Positions 1 to 9,720 of a stretch of DNA of 64,000 bases are shown in pieces. A model generated the notes under the pieces. That model saw only the letters and a program-made list of their open reading frames with translations. It was not told the origin of the DNA and did not search any database. Each line of letters starts with the position of its first letter. Position 1 is the stretch's first letter. The DNA comes from an uncultured delta proteobacterium (GTDB lineage: Bacteria > Desulfobacterota > Binatia > UBA9968), in contig CAWJZV010000030.1 in assembly GCA_963847445.1 (NCBI GenBank), forward strand, positions 566,257 through 630,256, written 5' to 3'. The position numbers and the translations under genes were made by a program.

Positions 1-190
1 GATCGATAGATAGCCGATCCGAGGGACCTTCTTCGGCTGCTGAGCCTCAACCCCGACCCCCAACACCACGAGCATCGACAACAAGAACGCCGAACCATTT
101 TATTCTGCAGGGGTTTTGCCTCACCGCTTTTAGATTTTGGATTACCGGAGCGAAACGCACGACAATTACAACGTCGGAAATATTCTTATG
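1..190 (-). CDS. ABC transporter substrate-binding protein (ABC_sub_bind type), N-terminus only, runs off window
   Basis: Minus strand 75->1 reads MLVVLGVGVEAQQPKKVPRIGYLSI, the same leader as the SBPs at 3.3 kb and 23.8 kb. Start uncertain because of a frameshift. Confidence 0.65.
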
Positions 191-205
191 CACTGTCGGA
201 TTCCT

Positions 206-240
206 CAATCCAAAATCCAAACTCGAAAATCCAAAATTCC
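206..240. repeat. AATCCAA/AATCGAA short tandem repeat
   Basis: caatccaaaatccaaactcgaaaatccaaaattc directly after the enoyl-CoA hydratase stop; same family at 5999-6032. Confidence 0.7.
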
Positions 241-1038
241 TCATTTTCCCTTCCACACCGGCGCGCGCTTTTCCGCGAACGCCTTCGGTCCTTCTTTGCT
301 ATCCTCCGTCGTTCCCACCAAGGCTGACAGATCCGACTCCAAGCGAAAACCTTCGTCGATGGACAACTGCACGCCTTTGGTGATCGCTTCTTTGATGAAC
401 ATCACCGACATCGGCGCGCCTTTGAGGATGCGACTGGCCAATTCTTCCGCCGCTTTCATGACATCGGCCGCCGGCACCGCATGGTTGACCAGTCCCAGTT
501 TCTCCGCTTCCGCGCCGCTAACGTTGTCGCCGGTTAGGCAGATTTCCAGCGCCTTGGCCACGCCGACGGTGCGCGCCAACCGCTGGGTCCCGCCAGCGCC
601 AGGAATAATCCCGCGCTTCACTTCAGCCAGCCCCAACTTGGCGTCTTCCGCGGCGATGCGCATGTCGCAGGCCAGAGCAAATTCGAGCCCGCCGCCGACA
701 CAATAGCCGCGAATCGCCGCGATGGTCGGCTTGGTCAGCGCCGCCACGGCGCGGCTCTGCGAGTTGATGGTTATCCCTGAAAGCTTCGCGGCGCGCCGTT
801 CAATCGGCGAGACCGCGCTCTCGGCGCGCTCTTTCAAGTCCATGCCAGCCGAAAACGCCCGCTCCCCCGCGCCCGTGAAGATCGCCAGGCGAATCGCCGC
901 ATCGTCCTCGATCTGTTTGCACGCCTCGACCAGCTCACGCGCCATTTGCCGGTTGACCGCGTTCATCGACTCGGGCCGGTTAAACGTCACCCAAGCGATT
1001 TGATTGCGCACTTCGAATAGAATCGTTTCAAAAGCCAT
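241..1038 (-). CDS. Enoyl-CoA hydratase/isomerase (crotonase family)
   Basis: MAFETILFEV start, AFSAGMDL, GGGLEFALACDMRIA, EVKRGIIPGAGGTQRL motifs with both catalytic Glu. Confidence 0.93.
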   Translation of the reverse strand: MAFETILFEVRNQIAWVTFNRPESMNAVNRQMARELVEACKQIEDDAAIRLAIFTGAGERAFSAGMDLKERAESAVSPIERRAAKLSGITINSQSRAVAALTKPTIAAIRGYCVGGGLEFALACDMRIAAEDAKLGLAEVKRGIIPGAGGTQRLARTVGVAKALEICLTGDNVSGAEAEKLGLVNHAVPAADVMKAAEELASRILKGAPMSVMFIKEAITKGVQLSIDEGFRLESDLSALVGTTEDSKEGPKAFAEKRAPVWKGK

Positions 1039-1060
1039 CTTGTTCCTACCTTTCTTGAAT

Positions 1061-1220
1061 GAAAATCGAAATCCAAAGCACGCAATCTGAAACACATTCA
1101 AATGACCAAAAATTCAAATTCCAAACAGGTTTCGTTCGGATTCGGGGTTTTGAAATTTCCGGATTTTAGGTCCATTTGGCTGCGAGTTTGTTTCGGATTT
1201 CGGATTTCGTGCTTCGAACG
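1061..1220. repeat. Imperfect inverted-repeat mini-element built from AAATCCG/GAAATC units
   Basis: Left arm aagcacgcaatctgaaaca...caaatgaccaaaaattcaaattccaaac pairs with right arm gttttgaaatttccggattttaggtccatttg...tgtttcggatttcggatttcgtgctt. Confidence 0.6.
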
Positions 1221-1273
1221 TTCCGATTGGGTCCTTTGCCGCTCTTTGCGGCTGATCCCTCCGAGTCCGAATA

Positions 1274-2271
1274 CTACCGTCCCTTCGCCTTTCTTTCCTG
1301 CGCGAGCTGCTCGAGAAACGACAAATCCAATAGCTCGCCGACATTCAGTTTCATCCCGGCCAGAGTTTCGATCATTGGCAATCACGTTCTCCATCGCTTT
1401 GGCGGTGATCAGCGGCAGCCCCGGGGTGACTTGACTGTAGGTCCGTCGAGTCTCTTCCAACTCTTCGATCACATTGGAGCGGTAGTATTCGCCGAGATAC
1501 TTATGCACGCGATCCTTGTTTTTTTCGTCGCGGTAAAAGTCCATGCCGTCCGCCAGTCCGCGCATGAAGTTCATGCACCGTCTCTCTATCGGAACGAATA
1601 AACGTTCTCGTCGTCAGCGGTCCGGCGATGGTGTACTCGAAATCTTCCTTGGAGAAGTCGAGGAAGACCGGATAGTTCGCTTTGCGCGCCTTCAGCGTAA
1701 ACGGCGATTGCAGCACGGTGGCGTGAATTTGACCCGCCGTGAGCGCAGTCCAGCGGTCTCCCTGACCGCCAACGCCGACTATTTGCACATCTTTGTCGGC
1801 AGTCAGCCCTAAACGCCGGGCCGCCAACCGCGCGATAAAATCTGTGCTCGACCCCAACTGGCTGACACCGATTCTTTTCCCTTTCAGATCCTCGGGCCGT
1901 TTGATCGATGGATGCGCGGCCAGAATGTAGTCGAGGCGGTTACCCACCGCGCCGATAAACTGCAACTCCTTCGCGCCCTGTGCCCAGGCGGCGACCACCG
2001 TCGACGCGCCCTGCAATTGCAAAGACAGGTCGCCGGAAAGCGCCGCCTGGATACCCATAAGCCCGCCGCGAATATAGATCGGCTCAACTTTGATGCCATG
2101 TTTCTCAAACGACCCGGACTTATGCGCCACCCAAAAATAACTCGCCGACCCGCCTAAAGGGTAACCGACCTTGAGTTCGCGCAAGGGTTTGGCTTGGGCA
2201 ATAACAAGCGCGGGAAGCGGAACTAATACGAACGAGATAAACAATTGCAGCAGTCTGGCGTTCGCTCTCAT
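1274..2271 (-). CDS. ABC substrate-binding protein, NMT1/SsuA family (frameshifted)
   Basis: Signal peptide, SIKRPEDLKGKRIGVSQLGSSTD motif. ORFs 1501-2286 and 1098-1574 join, and the C-terminus LDLSFLEQLAQERKAKGR* is in a third frame. Confidence 0.85.
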
Positions 2272-2318
2272 ACCCGGCACCTCCATGAACTAAAGTTTTT
2301 AACTCGGACTGACTTTCT

Positions 2319-2699
2319 TTAACCCTCGCCCTTTGGGAGAGGGCAAGGGTGAGGGCTCTTCAGCTCTGCACTGATCCTCTCCAGACACGCCTCAAGATTC
2401 GTTAAAACATCGTTGTTCCAAAAGCGAAGCACGCGATACCCGCGCGACTCCAGAAAATCAGTTCTGGCTTGATCCGCCGCGCTTTGCTCCGCATGCTGAC
2501 CACCATCAAGCTCGACCACTATGCCCCGCTCGACACAGCAAAAGTCGGTTATGAACGGACCCATGGGATGTTGCCGGCGGAATTTAGCGCCACACAATTG
2601 GCGGTCGCGCAGCTGCGCCCAGAGTTTTTTCTCCGCGTCGGTGATCTCCCTTCGCAGCTTACGCGCGTGAGTCTTTTGATTAAGTGGATACGGCAGCAT
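2319..2699 (-). CDS. DUF559 (Vsr-like PD-(D/E)xK) endonuclease
   Basis: ARKLRREITDAEKKLW...KFRRQHPMGPFITDF...VELDGGQH...GYRVLRFWNNDV. Confidence 0.9.
   Translation of the reverse strand: MLPYPLNQKTHARKLRREITDAEKKLWAQLRDRQLCGAKFRRQHPMGPFITDFCCVERGIVVELDGGQHAEQSAADQARTDFLESRGYRVLRFWNNDVLTNLEACLERISAELKSPHPCPLPKGEG
2322..2355. repeat. CCCTC...GAGGG hairpin repeat (overlaps DUF559 3' end)
   Basis: accctcgccctttgggagagggcaagggtgaggg; near-identical at 3514-3546, related at 2757-2787, 3433-3466 (inverted) and 34591-34632. Confidence 0.8.
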
Positions 2700-2822
2700 T
2701 CGGGAGAGCCCTCGCCCATAGCCCTCTCCGGTCTTCAGTCCCCATCTCCCTGCATAACCCTCGCCCCCTGGGAGAGGGAAAGGTAGGCATTGCAACGGCG
2801 CCAGAGCAAAGCACGCGCAAAA

Positions 2823-3410
2823 TTACTTGGCCGCCTCTTCAACCAAACTATTGTCGTAAAACTGTTTCACATCGGCGCCTTTCGCTTTGGGATGTTCGAC
2901 AAATTTTTGCGCGTTCGCCATCGCCTTCTCCTCGACTCTCAGCGTCAGGGGGAAAGCGTCCTTGTAGAACTCGTAGCTGCCTTGCAGAGTCGGAATCGTC
3001 GTTGACTCTGGTGAATTTCCTCAGCGCTTTCTTAGTCACGGCGGCGTTTTCTCTGGCCAACGGAACCCCTTCGCCAAGCGCGCGCAAAAAATCCACCGCC
3101 ACCTTGCGGTTCCGGGTGTCCTTCAACCAAGAGTCTCGCGCGGCGGCAGTTGGGAATAGTCCGTATTCGGTCGTCAACGGCCGGAAGAGCAACTGAAACC
3201 CGGCGTTTTTGGCGCGCAAGCCAAAGGGGTAGCCGATCATGCGAAACATCGACTCGACCGCCGGTGAGCGCCGCGAAGGACTCGCCGACGCCGCCATTCG
3301 AGCAACGATAGATAGCCTAGCCGCGGAACTTTCTTCGGCTGCTGCGCGGCGGCGGGATAACTATGAGCAAAGAACAGAACGCATAGAGCCAGTCTAGTGA
3401 TTTTTTTGTG
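2823..3410 (-). pseudogene. Chimeric/truncated SBP: ABC_sub_bind leader fused to the C-terminal half of an NMT1-type SBP
   Basis: AAAQQPKKVPRLGYLSLL is followed directly by GGVGESFAALTGGRVDV..IGYPFGLRAKNAGF...FYDNSLVEEAAK*. Confidence 0.6.
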
Positions 3411-3432
3411 CACGGAGTTTGCCCTCGCACTA

Positions 3433-3546
3433 GCCCTCACCTCTGTCCTCTCCCAGAGGGAGAGGAAGTAAGAATCTCCAAACCCGGCTTCCCGTTTTCA
3501 TCTCCGTATCTTCACCCTCGCCCTTTGGGAGAGGCAAGGGTGAGGG
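3433..3546. repeat. Inverted pair of CCCTC...GAGGG hairpin repeats (REPIN-like doublet)
   Basis: ccctcacctctgtcctctcccagagggagagg ... accctcgccctttgggagaggcaagggtgaggg. Confidence 0.7.
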
Positions 3547-3552
3547 CAAGCT

Positions 3553-3642
3553 TCACCCCGCCAACTCAAAGCACGGCAGCTTGATCGCCGGATTATGCGT
3601 CTGCTCGTAGCGCACATTGACCCGGTCGCCGGTTTTGACCTT
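3553..3642 (-). repeat. 90-bp direct duplication of the 3' end of the DUF35 gene (4321-4410)
   Basis: Manual ungapped alignment gives 82/90 identities, including the stop codon. Confidence 0.9.
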
Positions 3643-4029
3643 CTACCATGCGGTTCGCACAGCGTATTGCGTAATCAGCTTGTCCGGCGTCAATAGCACA
3701 AGACCCTGCACAATCGCTTGGCAAACCAACATTCGATCAAAAGGATCTTTGTGCAAAGCCGGGAGCCGGATTAAGTGCAATGCGGCTTCTTCGTCTAAAT
3801 CAAGAGATTCGATGCCATGCTCTTTGCGCTGCGCCGGCACATATTTTATCGGCGACTCCGGAAGAGGAAGTTTACCCAACGCATGCTTGACCGAGATTTC
3901 CCACGCAGAGACCGAGCTAAGATAAATCTCATTCTCCGGATCGGAGAATAGTTCCCGTGCATCTTTCGACAGGTCTGGGGCGCCGGTCACGGCCCAGAGA
4001 AACGTGGCGGTGTCTAATAAAATCTTCAC
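3643..4029 (-). CDS. vapC: Type II toxin, PIN domain (VapC family)
   Basis: ILLDT..., SAWEI..K, HKDPFDRMLVCQA, LLTPD. Confidence 0.92.
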   Translation of the reverse strand: MKILLDTATFLWAVTGAPDLSKDARELFSDPENEIYLSSVSAWEISVKHALGKLPLPESPIKYVPAQRKEHGIESLDLDEEAALHLIRLPALHKDPFDRMLVCQAIVQGLVLLTPDKLITQYAVRTAW

Positions 4030-4271
4030 GGCTCTTTGCCATTGAATGCATCAATAATATCCGGCGGTAACGGTTCAAAAAACTCGGCTGGAACTGTGAA
4101 CTGCCCTTTCGCTAAACCGATTGGCCGCTTCGTTTTCCGTCGCTTAGGCAATGGACGAATCTCGGCAATGGGAATATTCCGTTTGCACAACAGAATGGTC
4201 TCTCCCCGCTCGAGCTTTTCCAAATAACGGGATAAGTGGGTCTTTGCCTCGTGCACATTCAATTTTATCAT
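4026..4271 (-). CDS. Type II antitoxin, Phd/YefM family
   Basis: NVHEAKTHLSRYL...GETI...PIAEI; overlaps vapC by 4 nt. Confidence 0.9.
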   Translation of the reverse strand: MIKLNVHEAKTHLSRYLEKLERGETILLCKRNIPIAEIRPLPKRRKTKRPIGLAKGQFTVPAEFFEPLPPDIIDAFNGKEP

Positions 4272-4280
4272 AGCTTAAAA

Positions 4281-4307
4281 GTAGACTAATAAGTGAACTA
4301 AGTCTAC
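4281..4307. promoter_or_regulatory. Putative TA autoregulatory operator
   Basis: GTAGACT-N13-AGTCTAC inverted repeat about 10 bp upstream of the antitoxin ATG. Confidence 0.55.
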
Positions 4308-4320
4308 AACCTAATTAGCT

Positions 4321-4740
4321 TCATCCCGCCAACTCAAAACACGGCAGCTTGATCTCCGGATTATGCGTCTGCTCGTAGCGCACCTTGACGCGGTCGCCCA
4401 TCTTGACCTTTTCTTTGTTGTCGCCGAGCAGGCGGCTTTCGATGATCACGCCTTCGTCGAGGATCACGTTGATGTAATAGATCGGCGCCTCTTCTTTGAA
4501 CGCCGGGTTGCGCGGCACGCGGACCAGGGTAAAGCTGTGAATCTTGCCGGTGCCTTTGGCCTCGATCCAACTCATCTCGCCGAAGCAATCGACGCAGGCG
4601 ACGCGCGGAAAGAACTGCACCTTGCCGCAGCTGTTGCACTTTTGCAGAAGAAATTTATTTTTCGCCGCCCCTTCCCAAAACGGCCGGTCGACGGGGTTGA
4701 TCTTGGGTAAACTTTTTTGCGGTGCTCTTGCTTCAGCCAT
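4321..4740 (-). CDS. DUF35 Zn-ribbon/OB-fold protein
   Basis: PFWEG...QKCNSCG...FPRVACVDC; coupled to the upstream thiolase-like gene. Confidence 0.9.
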   Translation of the reverse strand: MAEARAPQKSLPKINPVDRPFWEGAAKNKFLLQKCNSCGKVQFFPRVACVDCFGEMSWIEAKGTGKIHSFTLVRVPRNPAFKEEAPIYYINVILDEGVIIESRLLGDNKEKVKMGDRVKVRYEQTHNPEIKLPCFELAG

Positions 4741-5891
4741 TACTTTCTCCTTTCCATGACCAGCGCGCTGGTTGTGCCGAGGTTGCGCCCGTAGTTGAGC
4801 CAGCCGATGCCGGTGACCAGGGCGCGCTCGGCTTTCGCCACCTGATGGCCATCGGCTTCGCCGCGCAGCTGGCGCAGCGCTTCGACGACATGGAGAAAAC
4901 CGCCGGCCAAGCCCGCTTGCCCGACGGATAATTCGCCGCCGCCGGTGTTGACCGGAAAGTCGCCTTTGTAAGTAAGATCGTGGGCGTCGACGAACTTGCC
5001 GCCGTCGCCTTTTTTGCAGTAACCGAAGTCCTCGATCTGAATCATCACGGCGATCGGATAGTCGTCGTAGATCTCGAACAGGTCGATATCCTCGCGCTTC
5101 ACTTCAGAGAAAATCTTTTCGCCCACCAGTTTCATGCCGAAGGTGGTTTTCTCCGGCAGCATGTTGGCGACCTGATAATGAATCTTCTCGGCGTCGGTAA
5201 CTAAATAAACCAGCTTGTCGGTGAGCTGCTTGGCCTTCTCTTCCGACGCCAGGATAATGCACTCGGCGCCGGAGCAAGGCATGACGCAGTCGAACAAGCG
5301 CACCGGATCGGAGATCATCCGCGAGTTCAGATAATCCGTCATCGACATCGGCTCGCGGAACAGCGCCTGCGGATTGTTGATCGCGTTGAAACGCTGCGCC
5401 ACGGCGATCTTGCCGACCTGCTCCAGGGTCGTGCCGAAGTTCTCCATGTGCAAGCGTTGGATCAACGCCATCAGCGAATTGGGCCCGCCGTAGCCGTAGA
5501 CATCGACGAAATTGCCGCGCTGATACTCCAGCTGCCGTTGATGGGCGACGCTGCGGTCGAAAGAGTTGCCCGCCAGCAGCAAGGCGATATCGAGATGGCC
5601 GCATTCGATGGCGTCCGCCGCCCGGCTCACCGCGCCGACGCCGCTGGCGCCGCCGTAGTCGGCGTTGAGCACCCAATCGAGTTCGAAACCCAACTGCTCG
5701 GCGACATGCGGCGCCGTGTCGGGACTCGCCTGGGTCGTCACCGACAAGCCGTTGATGTCTTTCTTCTTGAGCCCGGTCTGACTCAACGCCGCGCGAATCG
5801 CGATGGCATACTGGCCGAGCAGCGACTCCTCTGATTTGCGCGAGTATTCCGTCGACCCATAGCCGACAAAACAAACTTTTTTACGTCTCAT
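4740..5891 (-). CDS. Thiolase-like protein (SCP-x/Ltp2 type)
   Basis: MISDPVRLFDC, EIYDDY, PVNTGGGELS motifs; no Cys at the GGASG position. Confidence 0.88.
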   Translation of the reverse strand: MRRKKVCFVGYGSTEYSRKSEESLLGQYAIAIRAALSQTGLKKKDINGLSVTTQASPDTAPHVAEQLGFELDWVLNADYGGASGVGAVSRAADAIECGHLDIALLLAGNSFDRSVAHQRQLEYQRGNFVDVYGYGGPNSLMALIQRLHMENFGTTLEQVGKIAVAQRFNAINNPQALFREPMSMTDYLNSRMISDPVRLFDCVMPCSGAECIILASEEKAKQLTDKLVYLVTDAEKIHYQVANMLPEKTTFGMKLVGEKIFSEVKREDIDLFEIYDDYPIAVMIQIEDFGYCKKGDGGKFVDAHDLTYKGDFPVNTGGGELSVGQAGLAGGFLHVVEALRQLRGEADGHQVAKAERALVTGIGWLNYGRNLGTTSALVMERRK

Positions 5892-5916
5892 CTTTTTGCT
5901 CCCTCTCGTCTCTCGG

Positions 5917-5956
5917 TCAAGCGTTCAAAACGTTCAAACGGTTCAAACCGTTTCAG
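5917..5956. repeat. GTTCAA tandem array (free single arm)
   Basis: caagcgttcaaaacgttcaaacggttcaaaccgtttca; same unit as the signal-peptide palindromes. Confidence 0.7.
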
Positions 5957-5998
5957 CGGGAACTGAGTCCGTACTTTCTCACTCGGCTCGTCGTCTCT

Positions 5999-6032
5999 CA
6001 ATCCAAAATCCAAAATCGAAAATCCAAAATCG
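5999..6032. repeat. AATCCAA/AATCGAA tandem repeat
   Basis: caatccaaaatccaaaatcgaaaatccaaaatcg. Confidence 0.75.
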
Positions 6033-6045
6033 ATATGCCTTACCC

Positions 6046-7180
6046 TTACCCTTCACGAAATCTCTCCCCCACCGCCCGATTCAACTCTTCCTCGCGGCCA
6101 TAGAGCAGCCGCATCAAGCGCGCCTCGCGATAAAACCCTTCGAAGGGAAACTCTTTGCAGACGCCGTAACCGCCGTGAATCTGAATCGCGCTGTCGGCGG
6201 CTTGGAAGGCCATGCGCGCGGCGCGTTTCTTGGCCAGCGCCGCCTCGTCGAAGTAAGGCAGATCGTTGTCGGCGCGCCAGGCCGCTTCCAAGGTGATCCA
6301 GGTCGTCGTGCGAATCTCGATGGCCAGATCGGCCAGCATCCATTGAATCGCCTGGCGCTCCGCCAAGCCGCCGGCCGAAGGTGACGCGATTTTTCGCATG
6401 CTCGATGGACGCCGCCAGACAACGCATGCCGATGCCCAACGATCGCGCCGCGATCCGCAGCTGTTCGGCGGCGATGATCGCGCCCGCTTCATACTCGTAG
6501 CCGAGCAGCTGCTCGTTGGCGATGCGGCAATGGGTCAACGTCAGCCTGGCCACGGTCGCATCGGTTGTCAGGTCGGCCTCGTCAAGGATGTTGAGCCCGG
6601 GCGCGTCGCGCGCGATGACGAACAAGCCCAAACGCTGCGTGCCCTGCTCCCGCGCCGGGAAAAGAAACAGATCGGCCGGGGCGCGTACACGTCCAAGCGG
6701 CAATCTTGCAGGATCGCCCCTTCGGGCTCTTGGCGATAAAGCGTGCGCAGGTGAGACAAGCTGCCGCTCTTATGCGCTTCGTCGAATGCCAGCGCCAGCG
6801 ACAGCTCGCCGGCGGCCAGCGCCTGGCCATATTTGGTCTCGAACATGAATGCCGGGAATCGCCACCGGCGCGAAGGGCAACACCGAACGGCCAAACTCGC
6901 GGTGAATCAACACCTGGGCGACATGACCCATGGCCGGTCCGCCCATGGATTCCGGCAGCTCCAAGGCCCACAGACCGACGTCGCGCGCTTTCTTGGTAAG
7001 CTCGGCGGCGACGTTGGCATCGAGCACGCGCCGCTCCGGCGCCCCCGGCGGCAGGAACGGCTGGGCTTGCTTCAAATAGACGCCTTCGCGGGCGATCAGT
7101 TCCTTGTCGACGAACTGCGCCGCGGTTTCTTTGATGAGCTTTTCTTCTTCAGTCAGTTGCAAATCCATAAGATTAATCAT
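6046..7180 (-). CDS. Acyl-CoA dehydrogenase family protein (several frameshifts)
   Basis: LQLTEEEK..., GLWALELPESMGG, QAIQWMLADLA, AIQIHGGYG across ORFs 6770-7180, 6568-6894, 6053-6703 and 6046-6492. Confidence 0.85.
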
Positions 7181-7328
7181 TCACCACGAAGGCACGAAGG
7201 TTAATTTCGAGCCCGAGCAAGGACGTATGCAATACGCCAATGCAATCCGAACTTTGCGCCTTCGCGCCTTTGCGGGAGATATTCCGATTTGCGCCCTTTG
7301 CGTTCTTTGCGGCCAATTCTCTCTACTC

Positions 7329-8526
7329 TCACTGCAATTCCAGCAGCGACGTTCCTTGGCGAAACAGTTCGCGCTGAATGATATGGCGCTGCACTTCCGA
7401 CGGCCCCTCGATGATCCGCCGCGCCCGCGCGTGGCGGAAGGCGCGCGCGATCACATGCTCCTTGCGCAGCGCCGACGGTCCCACCGCTTCGAGCGCGAAG
7501 TCGATGACTTTATGCGCCAGCTCGGTGCCGAAGCAGCTTAACTTTCGCGGCGTCGACGCGCACGTCCATTTTCTCGTCGGCGCGCCAGGAGGCCGAGTAG
7601 GTGAGCGCCTTGAGCGCTTCCAATTCACCTAAAAAATGACCGATGGTGCCAGTGTATTTCTCCGCATCTTTGGCGTCCTGGCGCAGCACCTGGGCGACGG
7701 CGTTGAGCACGCGCAGGGCCATGCCATGGGCGCGGATACCGACTTGGAAACGGCGCGCGCCAAGCCACGCCTGATTGAGCGCCCAGCCGTTGCCCACTGC
7801 GCCCAGCACTTGCGACTTGTGCACCCGGCAGTCTTCGAAAACCAGCTCGCAAGGCTCGGTGCCGGCGATGGTCGCGATGCTGCGCACGACGCGATAGCCC
7901 GGCGTGCCGGTGTCGATGAGAAAACAGGTCACGCCCTCGCGCCCTTTGGTGCCCGGCAAGCGGGCGAACAGTTGGACGAAGTCAGCGACATCGGCGAAGG
8001 TCGGAAACATCTTGGTGCCATTGATCTCGAAATAGTCGCCGTCCGGGGTCGCCGTGGTCTGCATCATCGATGGGTCCGCGCCCGACGCCGGCTCGCTCAG
8101 GCCGAAAGCGGAAGTTTTCTCGCCGCGAATGCACGGCCAGAGATATTTATCGATCTGTTCGCCTTGGCAATTGAACAAGATGTTCGAGACATGATTGCCG
8201 AACTCGAACGGGATCGCGCTCTTCTCCAACTCCTCGGTGACCGCGATCATGGCGACGTTGCTGACTGCCATGCCGCCGTAGGCTTTGGGCACGTCCAAAT
8301 GCCACAAGCCCTTGGCCTCGGCACGCTGCTCCAGCCCTTCCATGATCTCGAGATAGCGCTTGATCTCCGGATCACTGCTCGATTTCACCCGGCTCTTCCA
8401 CCGGCTACCCTCGAAGATATCCGGCGCATAGGCGAACTCGGGCTCCAGCGGCAGCAGTTCGCTATGCACGAACTCGGCGACCGTTTGGCGCAAACTCTCT
8501 TCTTCAGCCGACAAATGAAAATTCAT
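7329..8526 (-). CDS. Acyl-CoA dehydrogenase (frameshift near C-terminus)
   Basis: AFGLSEPASGAD, INGTKMF, RIIEGPSEVQR. Confidence 0.9.
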
Positions 8527-8673
8527 GGCGCGACGCAATCTCCCTCCGCCCCTTTATCACAGCTTGCTCGGACAAAAAAACAGTAAACAGGCATTGACCG
8601 TCGATTCACCCCTGTGCTAATCCGATCAGCTATCGAAACTTCGTACTCAGTCGCCGCAAGCTCCGGAGGTCCC

Positions 8674-9696
8674 ATGTCTGCCGTCAATTTGGCCAACGTC
8701 AACATCATCGACGCCGATGGTCATGTCCTGGACCGCGATGCCAACTTGCGCAAATTTATCCCTGAGCCCTACTGCCGGCGCCAAGGTTCTCTTTTGCCCA
8801 ATGATGTCTGGGACGCCAGCATGTACGGCAAGCTGATCACCAAATCTCCCGATGTGCCGACCCGTCTGCGTGACATGGATACCGAACATATCGATATCTC
8901 CGTGCTGTTTCCCACCGGCGGTTTCGGCGTCACCCAGTTGCCCGAGAAAGACTACGCCGCCGCCTTCTGCCGCGGTTACAACGATTGGATCGCCAGCGTC
9001 TGCGCCGAAAGCCCAAGGCTCAAAGGCGTCGGCCTGGTGCCGTTTCAGGATGTCGACGCCGCGGCCAAAGAAACCCAGCGGGCCATCCGGGAGCTCGGCC
9101 TCGCCGGCATTACCGTCGGCACCTTCGGCATGAAGGAACATCTCGGCCAACCGATGTATTGGCCGATCTACGAAGAGCTGGAAAAAATGAACGTGCCCTT
9201 GCTGGTGCACAACTCGCGCCAGGGTCCGGCCGGCGAAATCCGCTTCGACACCTTCTTATTTCGCCATACCATTGGACGGCCCTTCGAAACTTTGCTAGAT
9301 TGCGCCGCACTGGTTTACGGCGGTGTGCCGGAACGGTTTCCTAAACTGCGCATCGCCTTTCTCGAATGCGGCTGCGGCTGGGTGCCTTATTGGATGGATC
9401 GCATGGACGAAGAATGGGAGAAGCGCAAAGCCGAAGCGCCGCTGCTAAAGAAAAAACCCAGCGAGTATATCACCGCGGGCAATTGGTTTTTTGCCGCCGA
9501 ACCGGAAGAGAGCACCGTGCCTTTTTGTTTGGAAAAGGTCGGCGAAGATGTCATTTTGTTCGCCTCCGACTATCCCCACTGGGATGGTGGTTTTCCTTAT
9601 ATGACGGCGACCGTCAAGGGTAGAAACGACATTAGCGAACCGCAAAAAGGCAAGATCATGCGCGACAACGCCGCGCGGCTTTACGGTTGGCATTAA
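8674..9696 (+). CDS. Amidohydrolase family 2 protein (LigW/ACMSD-like fold)
   Basis: IIDADGHV, LLVH, LECGCGWVP, FASDYPHWD, NAARLY. Confidence 0.9.
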   Translation: MSAVNLANVNIIDADGHVLDRDANLRKFIPEPYCRRQGSLLPNDVWDASMYGKLITKSPDVPTRLRDMDTEHIDISVLFPTGGFGVTQLPEKDYAAAFCRGYNDWIASVCAESPRLKGVGLVPFQDVDAAAKETQRAIRELGLAGITVGTFGMKEHLGQPMYWPIYEELEKMNVPLLVHNSRQGPAGEIRFDTFLFRHTIGRPFETLLDCAALVYGGVPERFPKLRIAFLECGCGWVPYWMDRMDEEWEKRKAEAPLLKKKPSEYITAGNWFFAAEPEESTVPFCLEKVGEDVILFASDYPHWDGGFPYMTATVKGRNDISEPQKGKIMRDNAARLYGWH

Positions 9697-9720
9697 GAAC
9701 ATTAAAAACAGGAGTATAAC

